Shown here piece after piece: positions 62,965 to 63,917 of a stretch of DNA of 63,917 nt. The notes beneath the pieces were generated by a model that was not told the origin of the DNA, ran no database searches, and saw only the letters and a program-made list of their open reading frames with translations. Numbering within the stretch: the first letter of the stretch is position 1; each line of letters opens with the position of its first letter. Source of the DNA: Octopus bimaculoides (lineage: Eukaryota). The stretch covers positions 127,355,658 to 127,419,574 of the forward strand of contig NC_068984.1 of the NCBI RefSeq assembly GCF_001194135.2, in the 5' to 3' direction. The position numbers were made by a program, and so were the translations under genes.

Positions 62965-63252
62965 TGTCAGGTGATGTTGGGAGGACAAACACAAAGACAC
63001 AAACATAAACACACATGTGTTAAACTAATACATCCTTTTGTTGTTTACACTACCTGTCCTCGTCTGTTGTTGTTTTTTTCGTAAATTCTCCCATATATAT
63101 ATATATGCATATATGGGCTTCTTTCAGTTTCCATCTACCAAATCCACACATAAGGCTTTGGTCAGCCCAAGGCTACAGTAGAAGACACTTGCTCAAGGTG
63201 CCACTCACAGTGGGACTGAACCCAGAACCATGTGGTTGGTAAGCAAGCTACT
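62965..63252 (-). mobile_element. SINE family A 5' half with a foreign insert in its microsatellite; head cut by the next element
   Basis: gggcttctttcagtttccatctaccaaatccac...gaagacacttgctcaaggtgcc...ggttggtaagcaagctactt. Confidence 0.85.
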
Positions 63253-63502
63253 TTATTTCATTTCAATTTGCCATAAAGGCAGTACATAGAGAGTAGCTAC
63301 GGGCTGGGCAAAAACATTAATGAGATGAAATGGATGATATGATATGATGATATGATGGTATAATGAGAGAAGGCAAAAGCCGTCCACCGAACTTTGCTTC
63401 TCTATAACACTGTTCTTTATAAATTTAAATTTTCACATTGAGGCTATGAACCTCGTACATAAAAAGTCATAATTTAAGGCATTTGCCTCTTACGATTTTT
63501 CA

Positions 63503-63917
63503 TTACACAATATGAGGCACTCGTCCTCTTAGGTTTTTTTCGCCTGATATAGCCTTCGCTTCTCTCAAGCAACACAATGGGTCTGGGTCGGGCCACTCTT
63601 TAATACTGAATTCGCCAAGGGGGAAGGAATTCACCAACGCACTTATGTGCCTACTCGACATGACCTCCGCAGACACCTGCGGAGGCCAGTCCGGATCCTT
63701 AGTACAGGTGATGACTCCCTCTCTATGACGCTTCCTTTTATTCACAAATTTCTGCAGGGCCCCTCCCTTTCGAAATAGGATTAGCCGATCCTTTTCCTCA
63801 CAGGGTGAGCCCACAGCTTCTACTGTTGGCAGCACAATTCCCGCCGACCTACTTTCCTCCGTTGGTGGCACAATTCCCACCAACAGAGTGTCGGGACACG
63901 CCGGCGGTGCACTATCA
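63503..63917 (-). CDS. Unidentified ORF of at least 138 codons, open to the window edge, in a GC/CpG-rich and probably young mobile element
   Basis: DSAPPACPDTLLVGIVPPTEESRSAGIVLPTVEAV...KDPDWPPQVSAEVMSSRHISALVNSFPLGEFSIKEW...RVPHIV*; no family recognised. Confidence 0.35.
   Translation of the reverse strand, partial: DSAPPACPDTLLVGIVPPTEESRSAGIVLPTVEAVGSPCEEKDRLILFRKGGALQKFVNKRKRHREGVITCTKDPDWPPQVSAEVMSSRHISALVNSFPLGEFSIKEWPDPDPLCCLREAKAISGEKNLRGRVPHIV

Overview
AT-rich eukaryotic non-coding DNA, full of microsatellites and retroposon debris. The repeat types (tRNA-headed SINEs with a central TA/CA microsatellite, (TGA)n-tailed SINEs, RTE/CR1/I-group LINE remnants, Tc1/mariner remnants) suggest an octopus or other coleoid cephalopod. 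That assignment is inferred from repeat style, not from a search. There is no intact long gene, rRNA, tRNA gene or CRISPR array, and almost all ORF-track entries are microsatellite or antisense-TE artefacts. Supported content: four SINE families (my labels A, B, C/D, E), several decayed LINE ORF2 fragments, a Tc1/mariner cluster at 25-26.8 kb and Penelope-like fragments. There is also a set of candidate small exons, most convincingly a minus-strand micro-exon chain (FENLMDD / PYEVQPIEM / EAVQDEMN). The most interesting signal is a Penelope-like repeat in two inverted copies (13.1-13.3 and 14.3-14.6 kb). Their merged sequence rebuilds a minimal type I hammerhead ribozyme, and they lie next to two near-perfect fold-back hairpins. 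Further hammerhead-like motifs occur at 4.9-5.0 kb and 49.1 kb. A CR1-like LINE visibly shares its 3' tail with SINE family A. An unidentified GC-rich, hairpin-rich ORF runs off the right edge. All coordinates and identities come from manual reading, and TE boundaries are approximate.
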